DNA of 64,000 bases, taken from positions 91,289 through 155,288 of the forward strand of contig JBCCBM010000007.1 in the NCBI GenBank assembly GCA_039034015.1. The letters are read 5' to 3'. Below the pieces are notes generated by a model that saw only the letters and a program-made list of their open reading frames with translations, was not told the origin of the DNA and did no database searches. Shown here piece after piece: positions 1-9,373 of the stretch (the first letter of the stretch is position 1; the number at the start of each line of letters is the position of its first letter). Both the position numbers and the translations under genes were made by a program. Source of the DNA: Pseudomonadota bacterium. GTDB lineage: Bacteria > Pseudomonadota > Alphaproteobacteria > Rhizobiales > Amorphaceae.

Positions 1-1300
1 CGTCGGCGGGGGTGCGGCCGGTGTGGGCAGCATCTTCCAGCGGGGCGAGGAAGACGCGTTCGTCCTCCCCACCATCGCCCCGCTCGTCGCCCCGCCGGCG
101 CAGACCCTCCGAGGCGAGCGCCACCGCATCGGCCGCAATCTCGCGCACGGTGCGGTTCCCCACCGCGCCGGACAGGCCGTCGCGCGGGACTGTGCGCCAC
201 AAATGCGCGCGGTCGTCGGCGGAGAGCGTGGCGGCAAGCGCCGCGGCCTGATCGAGCACGCCAGGGTCATACATCAGCCCGACCCAGAAGGCGGGGAGCG
301 CGCAAATGCGCCGCCAGGGCCCGCCATCGGCGCCCCGCATTTCGAGGAATTTTTTGAGCCGCACGTCGGGGAACAGCGTCGACAGGTGGTTCACCCAGTC
401 CCCATGGGTGGGCCGCGCGCCGGGGACGGGGGATGTTCCGTCCAAAAACTCGCGGAATGTGACGTGCGTTGCGTCGTGATAGGTGTCGCCGCGCTTCACA
501 AAATACATTGGGACATCAAGGGCGTAGTCCACATACGCCTCGTAACCAAACCCTTCGTCAAACGCGAAAGGGATGGGGCCGGAGCGGGCAAGGTCCACAT
601 CGTGCCACACCGCGCCGCGGTTGGATTTGAGGCCGTTGGCCGCGCCATCCACAAAGGGGGAGTTGGCAAAGAGCGCCGTTGCGATGGGCTGGAGCGCAAG
701 GCCAACGCGCATCTTCTTCACCATGTCGGCTTCGCTCGAAAAGTCGAGGTTCACCTGGATGGTGGACGTGCGGTACATCATGTCGAGCCCGCGGGTGCCG
801 ACCCGGGGCATGTGCCGCGTCATGATGTCATAACGCTGTTTTGGCATTTTCGGCAGCTCTGCGCGCTGCCATTCGGGGGCAAAGCCGACGCCAAGAAAGC
901 CGACGCCGAGCCGCTCGGCCACCTCACGCACATCGGCAAGGTGCTGGTTTGCCTCCCGGCAGGTCTCGTGCAGCGTTTGGAGCGGGGCGCCCGACAGCTC
1001 GAACTGGCCGCCGGGCTCCACGCTGATCGCGCCGCCGCCATCGGCGTCCGCAAGGCCGATGATGTTGCCATGCTCGGTGATGGGGGCCCAGCCGGTGCGC
1101 TCGGCCATGCCCGACAAGACTGCGCCAATGCCCGACGGGCCCTCATAGGGCACCGGGCGGTGACCCTCGGCGGTGAAGGCGAATTTTTCGTGCTCGGTGC
1201 CGATGCGAAAGTCGGCCGCGGGCTTTTCACCGGCTGAGAGAAAGGAGGCCAAAACGGCGCGATCCTCGATCGGCCGGTCGTCCTCTGTGTCACGCGCCAT
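1..1300 (-). CDS. gshA: glutamate--cysteine ligase (partial, runs off the left edge)
   Basis: The reverse-strand reading from ATG 1300 is MARDTEDDRPIEDRAVLASFLSAGEKPAADFRIGTEHEKFAF, the alphaproteobacterial GshA N-terminus. It has no stop in the window, so it is absent from the ORF track. Confidence 0.9.
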   Translation of the reverse strand, partial: MARDTEDDRPIEDRAVLASFLSAGEKPAADFRIGTEHEKFAFTAEGHRPVPYEGPSGIGAVLSGMAERTGWAPITEHGNIIGLADADGGGAISVEPGGQFELSGAPLQTLHETCREANQHLADVREVAERLGVGFLGVGFAPEWQRAELPKMPKQRYDIMTRHMPRVGTRGLDMMYRTSTIQVNLDFSSEADMVKKMRVGLALQPIATALFANSPFVDGAANGLKSNRGAVWHDVDLARSGPIPFAFDEGFGYEAYVDYALDVPMYFVKRGDTYHDATHVTFREFLDGTSPVPGARPTHGDWVNHLSTLFPDVRLKKFLEMRGADGGPWRRICALPAFWVGLMYDPGVLDQAAALAATLSADDRAHLWRTVPRDGLSGAVGNRTVREIAADAVALASEGLRRRGDERGDGGEDERVFLAPLEDAAHTGRTPAD

Positions 1301-1375
1301 GTCCCGCTCCTCGTCAGCGCCGGGAACCTAACGATGGTCCCGGTGCCGCGCAACAATGAGTGGCATACCACGCAA

Positions 1376-2080
1376 CTATGATGGGTGCGCCGCCTCCACC
1401 AACGCCAAAAGCGCCACCGCCGCCGTGTCCGCCCGAAGGATGCGCGGCCCCAAACCAACGCGGATGGCGCGCGCTTGGATGGCCGCCCGCTCCGCGATCG
1501 AAAAGCCGCCCTCCGGCCCCACAAGCACGGTGAGCGGGGGTTTTGCGGCGCGGATGTCATCAATCGCGGCGCCCGGCGTGCCGGCCAGCCCCTCATCGGC
1601 CACAATCAGCGTGCCGGTGGCGGCCAAAAGATCGTGAAGGTCGACGGCTGCGTGCACAGGCGGCACCGTCAAGATGCCGCACTGCTCGCACGCCTCGATG
1701 ACGTTGGCCTGGAGCCGGGCAAGGTTCAGCCGGCGCATTTGGGTGTGCTGCGTCATCACCGGTTGGAGCGCGCCGGCGCCCATCTCGGCCGCCTTCTCCA
1801 CCAGATAGTCGAGCCGGGCAAATTTGGGCGGGGCGAACGCATAGGTGAGGGTGGGCGCCGGCGTTTGCGCGCGCACGCGCCGGGTGGCCTCCAAAGTGCC
1901 CGTTTTCTTTGAGAGCGCTGTGATGGTGGCGGCAAACTCCCCATCGCGCCCGTTGAACACGAAAACGGTCGCGCCCACCGCAAGGCGCAGCACATTTTTG
2001 AGATAGTTGGTCTGCCCATCCGACAGGGGCACGGGGCCGGGAAGATCCACCGTCACATAAAGGCGGGGAGCGGTCTTCAT
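1376..2080 (-). CDS. rsmE: 16S rRNA (uracil-1498-N3) methyltransferase
   Basis: C-terminal part of ORF 1376..3259. Motifs MKTAPRLYV, YLKNVLRL, LVEKAAEMG, EACEQCG, LVGPEGGFS, LGPRILRADTA. Confidence 0.93.
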   Translation of the reverse strand: MKTAPRLYVTVDLPGPVPLSDGQTNYLKNVLRLAVGATVFVFNGRDGEFAATITALSKKTGTLEATRRVRAQTPAPTLTYAFAPPKFARLDYLVEKAAEMGAGALQPVMTQHTQMRRLNLARLQANVIEACEQCGILTVPPVHAAVDLHDLLAATGTLIVADEGLAGTPGAAIDDIRAAKPPLTVLVGPEGGFSIAERAAIQARAIRVGLGPRILRADTAAVALLALVEAAHPS

Positions 2081-2131
2081 GGCGTTGCGGAGAAACTTTC
2101 GCCATCGGGCGCGCCGCTGTAGTTTGCCGCC

Positions 2132-3910
2132 ATGAGTGCTCCTGTTCCCGTTGACGATGCCGGCACCAACGATGCCGCCTACACCGTGTCCGAACTCTCC
2201 CGCTCGGTGAAGCGGACGGTGGAGGACGGTTTTTCGCACGTGCGCGTCCGGGGCGAAATTGGCGGCTTTCGCGGCCGCCACAGTTCGGGCCACGGCTACT
2301 TTTCGCTCAAAGACGAGAATGCGGCCATCGACGCGGTGGTCTGGCGCAGCGCATGGGCGAAGCTCGGCGTGAAGCCGGAGGAGGGGCTGGAGGTGATTGC
2401 CACCGGCCGCCTCACGACGTTTGCCAAAAAGTCGAGCTACCAGATTGTGGTGGAGCAGCTGGAGCCGGCGGGCCTCGGCGCCCTCATGAAGCTTTTGGAG
2501 GAGCGGCGCAAAAAGCTTGCCGCGGAGGGCCTCTTTGACGAGGCGCGCAAGCGACCGCTCCCCGTGTTGCCGGGTGTGATCGGCGTGGTGACGTCCCCCA
2601 CAGGCGCCGTCATCCGCGACATTTTGCACCGCGTGTCGGACCGTTTTCCCCGCCACGTGGTGGTTTGGCCGGTGCGCGTGCAGGGCGAGACGTCGGCCGC
2701 CGAGGTGACCGCGGCCGTCACCGGCTTTGCCACCTATGGGGGCCCCCGGCCGGATGTGATTATCGTTGCCCGGGGCGGCGGCAGCGTTGAAGATCTTTGG
2801 GGTTTTAATGACGAGGCGCTGGTGCGCGCCGTGGCGGCCTCGCCGATCCCCATCATTTCCGCCGTCGGGCACGAAACGGATTGGACGCTGATCGACCATG
2901 CGGCCGACCTTCGCGCGCCCACCCCCACGGGCGCGGCGGAGCGGGCGGTCCCTGTGCGGCGCGATGCGATGGCAACGCTCTCTGACCGCGCCCGCCGCCT
3001 CACCCTTTCGGTGGACGGCGGGCTTGACCGGCGGCAGTCCGCGCTCCGGCTGTTGGCCCGGGCACTGCCGGATGGGGAGCGGTTGTTGGGCCCCCTTGCC
3101 CAGCGTGTGGATGCGGCGGCTGACCGCGCGGCAAGCGCCCTCCTTCGCCGCACGACGCTGGCGGCCGAGCGGATGGCCCGCGCCGGCGGCCGGCTCAGCC
3201 ACCAACATCTGGCGGCCTTGGTGGACGGCAAGGCGGCGCGGCTTGAGGCCCTTGCCCATCGCCTTTCGCGCGCTGCCGAACGGGGGCGGGCTGAGCGTGC
3301 GGCCGCCCTTGCCGCCCTTTCATCGCGCACCGCGCCCGCCGCCCACAACGCGCTCCACCGCAAGGCAGACCGGGCGGGCGCGCTCGGCCGTCGCCTTTCG
3401 GTGCGGCTCCTGTCGCGCACACTGTCGGTGGAGGCGGACCGGCTTGCGCGCACCGGCGACAGGCTGGCGCGCGGCGGCGATCAGCGGCTTTTGAGAGCGG
3501 ATGCGGCGCTCAAGGCCGTGCGGCTCGACGGGCGGCGCCTGGATGGCGAGCTTGCCGCCCTTGAGGCACGGGCTGCCCGGGCCGGCGGGCGGCTCCAGAC
3601 AACATTTCTCGTCAGCGTGACGGCCCGCGAAAAAGCGCTTCGCACCGCCACAAAAATGCTGGACGCGGTGTCCTACCGCCGGGTGCTGGATCGCGGCTTT
3701 GCGCTCATCCACCGCGCGGAAGGGGGCGCGGTGAAGCGCGCGGGCGATGTCGTGGCGGGCGACGCTTTGGCCGTCGAATTTGCCGACGGCCGCATTGCCG
3801 CGACCGCGGGCGGCGATGCGCCGGCCAAACCCCGCACCGCCGCAAAAGCCGCGCCCCGCCCGACGCGCCGCTCATCGAGGGTCGACGACCGCCAGGGTTC
3901 TTTGTTTTAG
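2132..3910 (+). CDS. xseA: exodeoxyribonuclease VII large subunit
   Basis: OB-fold YTVSELS...VRGEI...[10 protein letters not shown], plus [37 protein letters not shown] and VLDRGFA. Confidence 0.95.
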   Translation: MSAPVPVDDAGTNDAAYTVSELSRSVKRTVEDGFSHVRVRGEIGGFRGRHSSGHGYFSLKDENAAIDAVVWRSAWAKLGVKPEEGLEVIATGRLTTFAKKSSYQIVVEQLEPAGLGALMKLLEERRKKLAAEGLFDEARKRPLPVLPGVIGVVTSPTGAVIRDILHRVSDRFPRHVVVWPVRVQGETSAAEVTAAVTGFATYGGPRPDVIIVARGGGSVEDLWGFNDEALVRAVAASPIPIISAVGHETDWTLIDHAADLRAPTPTGAAERAVPVRRDAMATLSDRARRLTLSVDGGLDRRQSALRLLARALPDGERLLGPLAQRVDAAADRAASALLRRTTLAAERMARAGGRLSHQHLAALVDGKAARLEALAHRLSRAAERGRAERAAALAALSSRTAPAAHNALHRKADRAGALGRRLSVRLLSRTLSVEADRLARTGDRLARGGDQRLLRADAALKAVRLDGRRLDGELAALEARAARAGGRLQTTFLVSVTAREKALRTATKMLDAVSYRRVLDRGFALIHRAEGGAVKRAGDVVAGDALAVEFADGRIAATAGGDAPAKPRTAAKAAPRPTRRSSRVDDRQGSLF

Positions 3911-3931
3911 GCCGGTGCTCGCCTGGGCTCT

Positions 3932-4126
3932 TTACTTCAGGCCAGTGCTTGCCCGGCTGGTGAACACCGCGCCGTGCCACGCGCGCGCGGCGCGGCGAAG
4001 GCCGCGGTGAACCAGCGCTTGGACGGCGTGCTTGCCCTGCGAGAGCCCATCATGCACCGCTTCGCTGCGCAGGCGGCGGCCGTTGGCCATGGCGCGTCTC
4101 AGATCGACTTGTGTGGGCGTGCCCAT
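3932..4126 (-). CDS. small basic protein (64 aa) divergent from the LysR gene
   Basis: ATG 4126 has an AAGGA RBS 8 nt upstream. Product MGTPTQVDLRRAMANGRRLRSEAVHDGL... is Arg-rich and helical. Confidence 0.5.
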   Translation of the reverse strand: MGTPTQVDLRRAMANGRRLRSEAVHDGLSQGKHAVQALVHRGLRRAARAWHGAVFTSRASTGLK

Positions 4127-4210
4127 CGGAAGAATCCTTGTGTGTAGGTCCGATAGAGCGATAGATGCGCCCACCACCGCTGGCCGACAAACGAGATGTG
4201 TGCGCACCAC

Positions 4211-4224
4211 AGTTTAGAAAAACT
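4211..4224. promoter_or_regulatory. candidate LysR operator (inverted repeat)
   Basis: AGTTT-AGAA-AAACT dyad, AT-rich, 5 nt before the LysR ATG in the divergent intergenic gap. Confidence 0.45.
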
Positions 4225-4229
4225 TGACC

Positions 4230-5168
4230 ATGGCCGACCGGCTCCCCTCCCTCACGGCCCTGCGCGCCTTTGAGGCGGCCGCGCGCCACCTCAGCTTTGC
4301 CAAAGCGGCGGAGGAGCTTGCCGTCACCCCCGCCGCGCTCTCCTTCCAGATCAAGCAGCTGGAAGAAGCGCTGGGCGCCCCGCTCTTCACGCGGCTCACC
4401 CGGCAGGTGGCGCTGACGGAGGCTGGCAAAGCGTTGGCGCCGGGGGCAAGCGCGGGGTTCGATGCCCTGCGCGCCGCATGGCGGGCGGCCGGCCGCGTGG
4501 GCGGGACCGATCGCCTCACCGTCACCGCAGGCCCCGCCTTCACCGCAAAATGGCTCGCCCCGTCCCTCTCCCGGTTTGCGTCCGCCCACCCGACGATCGA
4601 GCTGCGCTTTGTGGCAACCCTTGCCATGCTCGACTTTGCCCGCGATGGGATCGACCTTGCCGTTCGCTTCGGGGAGGGGGACGACGCGGGCTACTTCTCC
4701 GAGCCGCTCCTCACCGAGCGCGTCTTCCCCGCCATGCGCCCCGAAATTGCTGCGCGGGTGAAAACGCCGGCCGACCTTTTGAATGAGACTTTGATTTCGG
4801 AGGAGAGCATTGCGTTTTTGCGCCCCGCCCCCTCGTGGGAGGTGTGGCTTCGGGCGGCGGGCGTCTCGCAGGTGCCGGCGCCTGCGCTCTCGTTCAGCCA
4901 GGCCGATCACGCCATTGATGCCGCGCTGGAGGGTGTTGGCGTCACGCTGGGCCGCCTCTCTCTGGCGACCCACGCGCTCCAAACCGGGGCGCTGGTGGCC
5001 CCGTTCCCCCTCGTGTTGTCGGTCAAGGCGCAGTACCGCGTGGTTTGCCCGCGCGGGGAGGAGGTGCGCCCCGCCGTTGCCGCCTTCCGCGCCTTCTTAA
5101 AAGCCCAGGCCGACGTCGACCCCCTGGGGCCCGACCGCACGGTTGTGCCCCTCGCAGCGCTCGGTTGA
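4230..5168 (+). CDS. LysR-family transcriptional regulator, GcvA-like
   Basis: LPSLTALRAFEAAARHLSFAKAAEELAVTPAALSFQIKQLEEALG HTH, plus FAAKWL-like FTAKWLAPSL and AALEGVGVTLGR. Confidence 0.93.
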   Translation: MADRLPSLTALRAFEAAARHLSFAKAAEELAVTPAALSFQIKQLEEALGAPLFTRLTRQVALTEAGKALAPGASAGFDALRAAWRAAGRVGGTDRLTVTAGPAFTAKWLAPSLSRFASAHPTIELRFVATLAMLDFARDGIDLAVRFGEGDDAGYFSEPLLTERVFPAMRPEIAARVKTPADLLNETLISEESIAFLRPAPSWEVWLRAAGVSQVPAPALSFSQADHAIDAALEGVGVTLGRLSLATHALQTGALVAPFPLVLSVKAQYRVVCPRGEEVRPAVAAFRAFLKAQADVDPLGPDRTVVPLAALG

Positions 5169-5415
5169 CGCAACGATGTGACACGCAATCAGAAAGTCTC
5201 GCGTGCGCCTTTTGCGTCGGTGAATGCGTCTCTCAAGCAACAGGTCTGGGGTGGTCGTGTCGTTTTGGGCACAGATGCCGCTCTTTGGCGCTTTTGTGTC
5301 CGCCGGCGCAGATGGATCGGAGGGCCGGGGCGCGTCAAACAGGGTTATGACTTGCCATTCTTTGAAGGTCAGTCGTGGAAAACCACCGCGGACCCCGGTG
5401 GCGCGAGGATGAGGC

Positions 5416-6099
5416 ATGTCGGAACGCAATGATTGTTTAAGTCGCCGCAGCTTTGTGGTGCTCGGCGCGGGCGCGGCGGCCGCGACCGTCGCCGGCTGCA
5501 CCACCGAGGGCGGCAACACCTTCCAGTCCGCAACGCTGGGGTACCGCCCCGTGCCGCAGCTGGGGACGCCGGAAAGCGAAAAGTTCGCGCTGCCCCGCGT
5601 GGATCTGCGCAAGATCCCAAAGCAGTATCACCGCCAATACGTCTCTCACTCGGGCAAGTATAAGCCCGGCACCATTGTGGTCGACGTGGCGAACAAGCAC
5701 CTTTACCTGATCGGCAAAGACAAAGAGGCGATCCGCTACGGTGTTGGCGTCGGCCGCGCAGGCTTTGCCTGGGGCGGGAAGGCGCGCATCGGCCGCAAGG
5801 CGCAGTGGCCGACCTGGACGCCGCCGCCCGCCATGATCCGCCGTGAGCCGCACCTCAAAGAGTTCGCCAGCGGCATGCAAGGCGGCCCCACAAACCCCCT
5901 CGGCGCCCGCGCGCTCTACCTTTATCGCGGCAACCGGGACACGCTTTACCGCCTCCACGGCACCAACGCGCCGGCTTCCATCGGGCAGGCCATGTCATCC
6001 GGCTGCATCCGCATGCTGAACCGCGACGTGATCGACCTTTATGAGCGGGCCCGCGTTGGCGCTGCGGTGGTCGTCAGCCAAAACGGCGCTGTCGTCTAA
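5416..6099 (+). CDS. L,D-transpeptidase (YkuD family), Tat lipoprotein
   Basis: SRRSFV Tat motif, VAGC lipobox, catalytic YRLHGT...SSGCIRM. Confidence 0.92.
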   Translation: MSERNDCLSRRSFVVLGAGAAAATVAGCTTEGGNTFQSATLGYRPVPQLGTPESEKFALPRVDLRKIPKQYHRQYVSHSGKYKPGTIVVDVANKHLYLIGKDKEAIRYGVGVGRAGFAWGGKARIGRKAQWPTWTPPPAMIRREPHLKEFASGMQGGPTNPLGARALYLYRGNRDTLYRLHGTNAPASIGQAMSSGCIRMLNRDVIDLYERARVGAAVVVSQNGAVV

Positions 6100-6121
6100 G
6101 ACCGGCCGCGACAGCGTATTG

Positions 6122-6151
6122 AAAGGGGTGGCCCTGCGCCGCCCCTTTTTT
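6122..6151. terminator. bidirectional intrinsic terminator
   Basis: aaaggggtggc-cctgc-gccgccccttt followed by a T-run, between convergent genes. Confidence 0.7.
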
Positions 6152-6170
6152 GTGGGCGGCTCACCAGCGT

Positions 6171-7376
6171 TTAGGGCGTGCCGGCCCAGGCGGCGAGGGC
6201 GGCGCGCTCGTCCGCCGTCATCCCGGTGATGTTGCCAAGGGGCATGGCGTGGGTCTCCACCGACTGGGCGATGATCGCGCCCGCGTGCCGGCGCATCAGC
6301 TCGGGCGTGTGGAGCGCAACGCCGCCGGGTGCCGAGGAAAAGCCCTCAAACGTTGGCTCCGCCGCGTGGCACGACGCGCACCGGCGCTCCACAATTTCAA
6401 AGGCCAACGGGTCGAGGACGGCGTTAAAACTGCCGGCGGGCGTTGCGGCAACGGCCGCGGTATCGAGCGTCCCCACACGGCCGGTGGAGGCAAAAATCGT
6501 CATCGCGCCGGCAAGCACCACCGCGGCCGGCCACTGCCAGGCAATGCGAAGGCCGGACGCCCCCGTCTCATAGGTGTTGAACCAGTGGCGCACGATCGCG
6601 CCCAAAAACAGCGCCATTGCCACAATCGCCCACGCCTGCGGGTGTCCGAACGCTGCTGGATAGTGGTTCGACAGCATCAGGAAAATGACCGGCAGCGTCA
6701 GATAATTGTTGTGGGTGGAGCGCAGTTTGCCAATTTCGCCAAGGCGCCCGTCAGGCGTGCGGCCGGCCATCAAATCGCCCACCATTTTGCGCTGGTTGGG
6801 GATGATGATGAAAAAGACGTTCGCCGACATGATGGTCGCAATGATCGCGCCCGTCTGCAAAAACGCCGCCCGGCCGGAGAAAACCTCGCCATAAGCCCAC
6901 GCCGTCGCCGTGATCAGCACGAAGAGCAGCGCAAACAAAAGCTCCGGCCGTTTTGACAGCGGCGAACGGCACAAAAGGTCGTACACCACCCAGCCCACCG
7001 CGAGGCCGCCGGCCGACAGCGCAATCGCCTGCCAAGGGGCAAGGTCAACCTTGTCGGGCGCGATGAGGTAAAGCTCTGCGTTCCAATAATAGACGATCGC
7101 AAGGAGAAGCGCGCCCGATAGCCACGTCGCATAGCTTTCCCACTTGAACCAGTGGAGTTCACCCGGCATCTCTTTGGGCGCCACCAAGAACTTTTGCGAA
7201 TGGTAAAAGCCGCCGCCATGGACGGTCCAGTTTTCGCCCTTGATGGTGGGGTCCATGCCGGCGCGACGTTTGAGCGAGGCGTCCAGCCACATGAAGTAAA
7301 ACGAGGATCCGATCCACGAGATGGCCGCAACAACGTGCGCCCAGCGGACGAACAGGCTCAAAAACTCTTGCATCAT
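6171..7376 (-). CDS. puuD: urate hydroxylase PuuD (integral membrane, cytochrome c)
   Basis: RWAHVVAAISWIGSSFYF, VHGGGFY, LHWFKWE, RSTHNNYLTLPV, C-terminal CASCH heme motif. Confidence 0.9.
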   Translation of the reverse strand: MMQEFLSLFVRWAHVVAAISWIGSSFYFMWLDASLKRRAGMDPTIKGENWTVHGGGFYHSQKFLVAPKEMPGELHWFKWESYATWLSGALLLAIVYYWNAELYLIAPDKVDLAPWQAIALSAGGLAVGWVVYDLLCRSPLSKRPELLFALLFVLITATAWAYGEVFSGRAAFLQTGAIIATIMSANVFFIIIPNQRKMVGDLMAGRTPDGRLGEIGKLRSTHNNYLTLPVIFLMLSNHYPAAFGHPQAWAIVAMALFLGAIVRHWFNTYETGASGLRIAWQWPAAVVLAGAMTIFASTGRVGTLDTAAVAATPAGSFNAVLDPLAFEIVERRCASCHAAEPTFEGFSSAPGGVALHTPELMRRHAGAIIAQSVETHAMPLGNITGMTADERAALAAWAGTP

Positions 7377-7496
7377 TCACCCAGTTGCGACGCTTGCGCC
7401 GGGCCGCTGAGGCGGTAGCATCGCGGCCTTGGTCCAAAAGGGTGTAGCACGACTTATGCCGTTCCCGTCACCGCCCCCTGCCCGCCGCGCTCACCG

Positions 7497-8966
7497 ATGA
7501 ACCGCGACACGTTCGTCGAGCGCTACGGCGCGCTTTATGAGCACAGCCCCTGGGTGGCCGAGCGGGCGTGGGACGGGGGCGTCTCGCCCGGCGCGCCCCT
7601 TGCCCCCGTTCTGCGCCGCGTGGTGGAGCGGGCGGGGGAGGGGGCGCAACTGGCGCTCCTGCGCGCGCACCCGGACCTTGCCGGCCGCATTGCCCTCACC
7701 GATGCCTCCACCGAGGAGCAAAAGGGCGCCGGCCTCGACCAATGCACCCCAGAGGAGTTCGAGGAGTTTTCCCGCCTCAACACCGACTACACCGCGCGCT
7801 TCGGCTTCCCCTTCATTGTCGCCGTGAAGGGCCTCGACCGCGCCGGCATTCTAAAGCGCTTTCGCGCGCGGGTTGAAAACGCGCCGGCCACAGAGTTTCG
7901 CACCGCGCTGGATGAGGTGCATAAAATTGCAGGCTTTCGCCTCGCGGCCCTCACCGCACCCGCCCCCGTTGCGCGCGAACATGTGCCGGCGGCGGAGGTG
8001 GAGCGGCTGGCGACCTCCGCCCTTGCGCGCGCCGGGGCGGATGCGGTGAATGCGGCCGCGATCGCCCACAACATGGCGCTCGCGGAGCGCTGCGGCAGCG
8101 AGTCCCACGGTCTCTTTCGCCTTGCCGCAAGCTGCGGCGCGCTGCAAGACGGGTGGATCAACGGCTCGGCCCGCCCACGCATCACCCGCCAAGGCGCGAG
8201 CCTTGTGATGGTGGATGGTGATGGCGGGGCAGCGCCCGGCGCCTACGATCTTGCCCTCCCCGCCCTTGGCGAGGCGGCAAAGGCGGAAGGGGTGGCGGTG
8301 CTCTCGCTCACCAACACCGTGCACTTTGGCGCCATGTGGCCGGAGGTGGAGGTTTTGGCGCGGGAGGGCCTTGCCGCCTTTGCCGCCACCGCCAACGTGC
8401 CATATCTGGCGCCCCACGGTGGCACGCGGCCCTTTTTTGGCACCAACCCGCTGGCGTTCGCTTGGCCGACTGCCGAGGGGCCCATCGCGTTTGACTTTGC
8501 GACCTCCGCCATGGCGCGGGGGGACGTGATGCTGGCCGCCCGCGATGGCCGGGCCGTCGCCGAAGGGGTGGGCGTTGACGCCGAGGGCGCATCCACCACC
8601 GACCCCGAAGCGGTGCTCGCAGGCGCGCAGCTCCCCTTTGGGGCGCACAAAGGTTCGCTCATCGCCATGATGGTCGAGCTTTTGGCGGCGGGCCTGCTCG
8701 ATGCGCCCTTCAGCATTGAGACGCCGGCCGAACGGCGCACCCGCGGGATTGTGCGTGCGGGCGTTTTCGTGCTCGCCCTTTCGCCCGATGCCATTGGCGG
8801 GCCGGGTGCACGGGCGCGGGCGGACGCGTGGGTGGCGCGGCTTGGCGCCGAAGAGGGGGTGCGCCTGCCTGGTGTCCGTCGCCGGGCCCTTGCGAACACA
8901 CCCACCGTGGCGGTGGAGGCAACGCTCCTTCAGACAGTGCGCAAACTCGCCGGCGAGACAAACTGA
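7497..8966 (+). CDS. fusion of OHCU decarboxylase (UraD) and Ldh_2-family oxidoreductase
   Basis: The first ~150 aa carry LYEHSPWVAE, LLRAHPDLAG, STEEQKGAG and FGFPFIVAV. The remainder carries SHGLFRL, HFGA, GTNPLAF, DFATS and HKGS. Confidence 0.88.
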   Translation: MNRDTFVERYGALYEHSPWVAERAWDGGVSPGAPLAPVLRRVVERAGEGAQLALLRAHPDLAGRIALTDASTEEQKGAGLDQCTPEEFEEFSRLNTDYTARFGFPFIVAVKGLDRAGILKRFRARVENAPATEFRTALDEVHKIAGFRLAALTAPAPVAREHVPAAEVERLATSALARAGADAVNAAAIAHNMALAERCGSESHGLFRLAASCGALQDGWINGSARPRITRQGASLVMVDGDGGAAPGAYDLALPALGEAAKAEGVAVLSLTNTVHFGAMWPEVEVLAREGLAAFAATANVPYLAPHGGTRPFFGTNPLAFAWPTAEGPIAFDFATSAMARGDVMLAARDGRAVAEGVGVDAEGASTTDPEAVLAGAQLPFGAHKGSLIAMMVELLAAGLLDAPFSIETPAERRTRGIVRAGVFVLALSPDAIGGPGARARADAWVARLGAEEGVRLPGVRRRALANTPTVAVEATLLQTVRKLAGETN

Positions 8967-9334
8967 CGGTGAAATGACGGGCCCGTGATCGCCGTCACGC
9001 ACAAACGCGTCAGGCCCCTCCACTTTATGTTTCGTGAACGGGACACGGGAGCGGAAGGCGCCAACATACTGACACCAGGGGGAAATTTTGCGTCCCCTGC
9101 GGCGGTGCCCTCAACCCGTGTTTCAGGTCACACACCGTTTGACCCTCTGCAACGCGTTTTGCCGCGCAGATCTTTTGATGAACCCGTGGACGATGAGGAG
9201 GCCTTTTTGACCGCCTTCCAAATCCTCACGGCCGGACGATTGAACGCTTTATGCCGGCCCTTTTCGGCCGCCAGCGAATTTTGAATGCGCAAGCCATTGT
9301 TAAGGCACCACACTCAGGCAATTTGAGTTGATGC

Positions 9335-9369
9335 GGGCGGGTTCGGCACAAGCTGAGCCCGCCCTTTTT
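9335..9369 (+). terminator. intrinsic terminator
   Basis: 13-bp stem gggcgggttcggc / gctgagcccgccc (two G-U pairs), loop acaa, then TTTTT. Confidence 0.65.
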
Positions 9370-9373
9370 CGTG

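Noticed and set aside
23-1237. Long ORFs antisense to real genes (also 16936..18282, 17861..19108, 29688..31064, 39926..41170, 49134..50273, 54923..55783)
   Set aside because: These are shadow frames of GC-rich genes that have clear family motifs on the other strand. The products are R/G/H-rich and carry no motifs.
1376-3259. 627-aa ORF as an extended RsmE, and similar long upstream extensions of ctrA, rluD, the PBP, rpoH and the cyclo-ligase
   Set aside because: The extensions overlap opposite-strand genes and lack motifs. Internal starts with an RBS give normal lengths.
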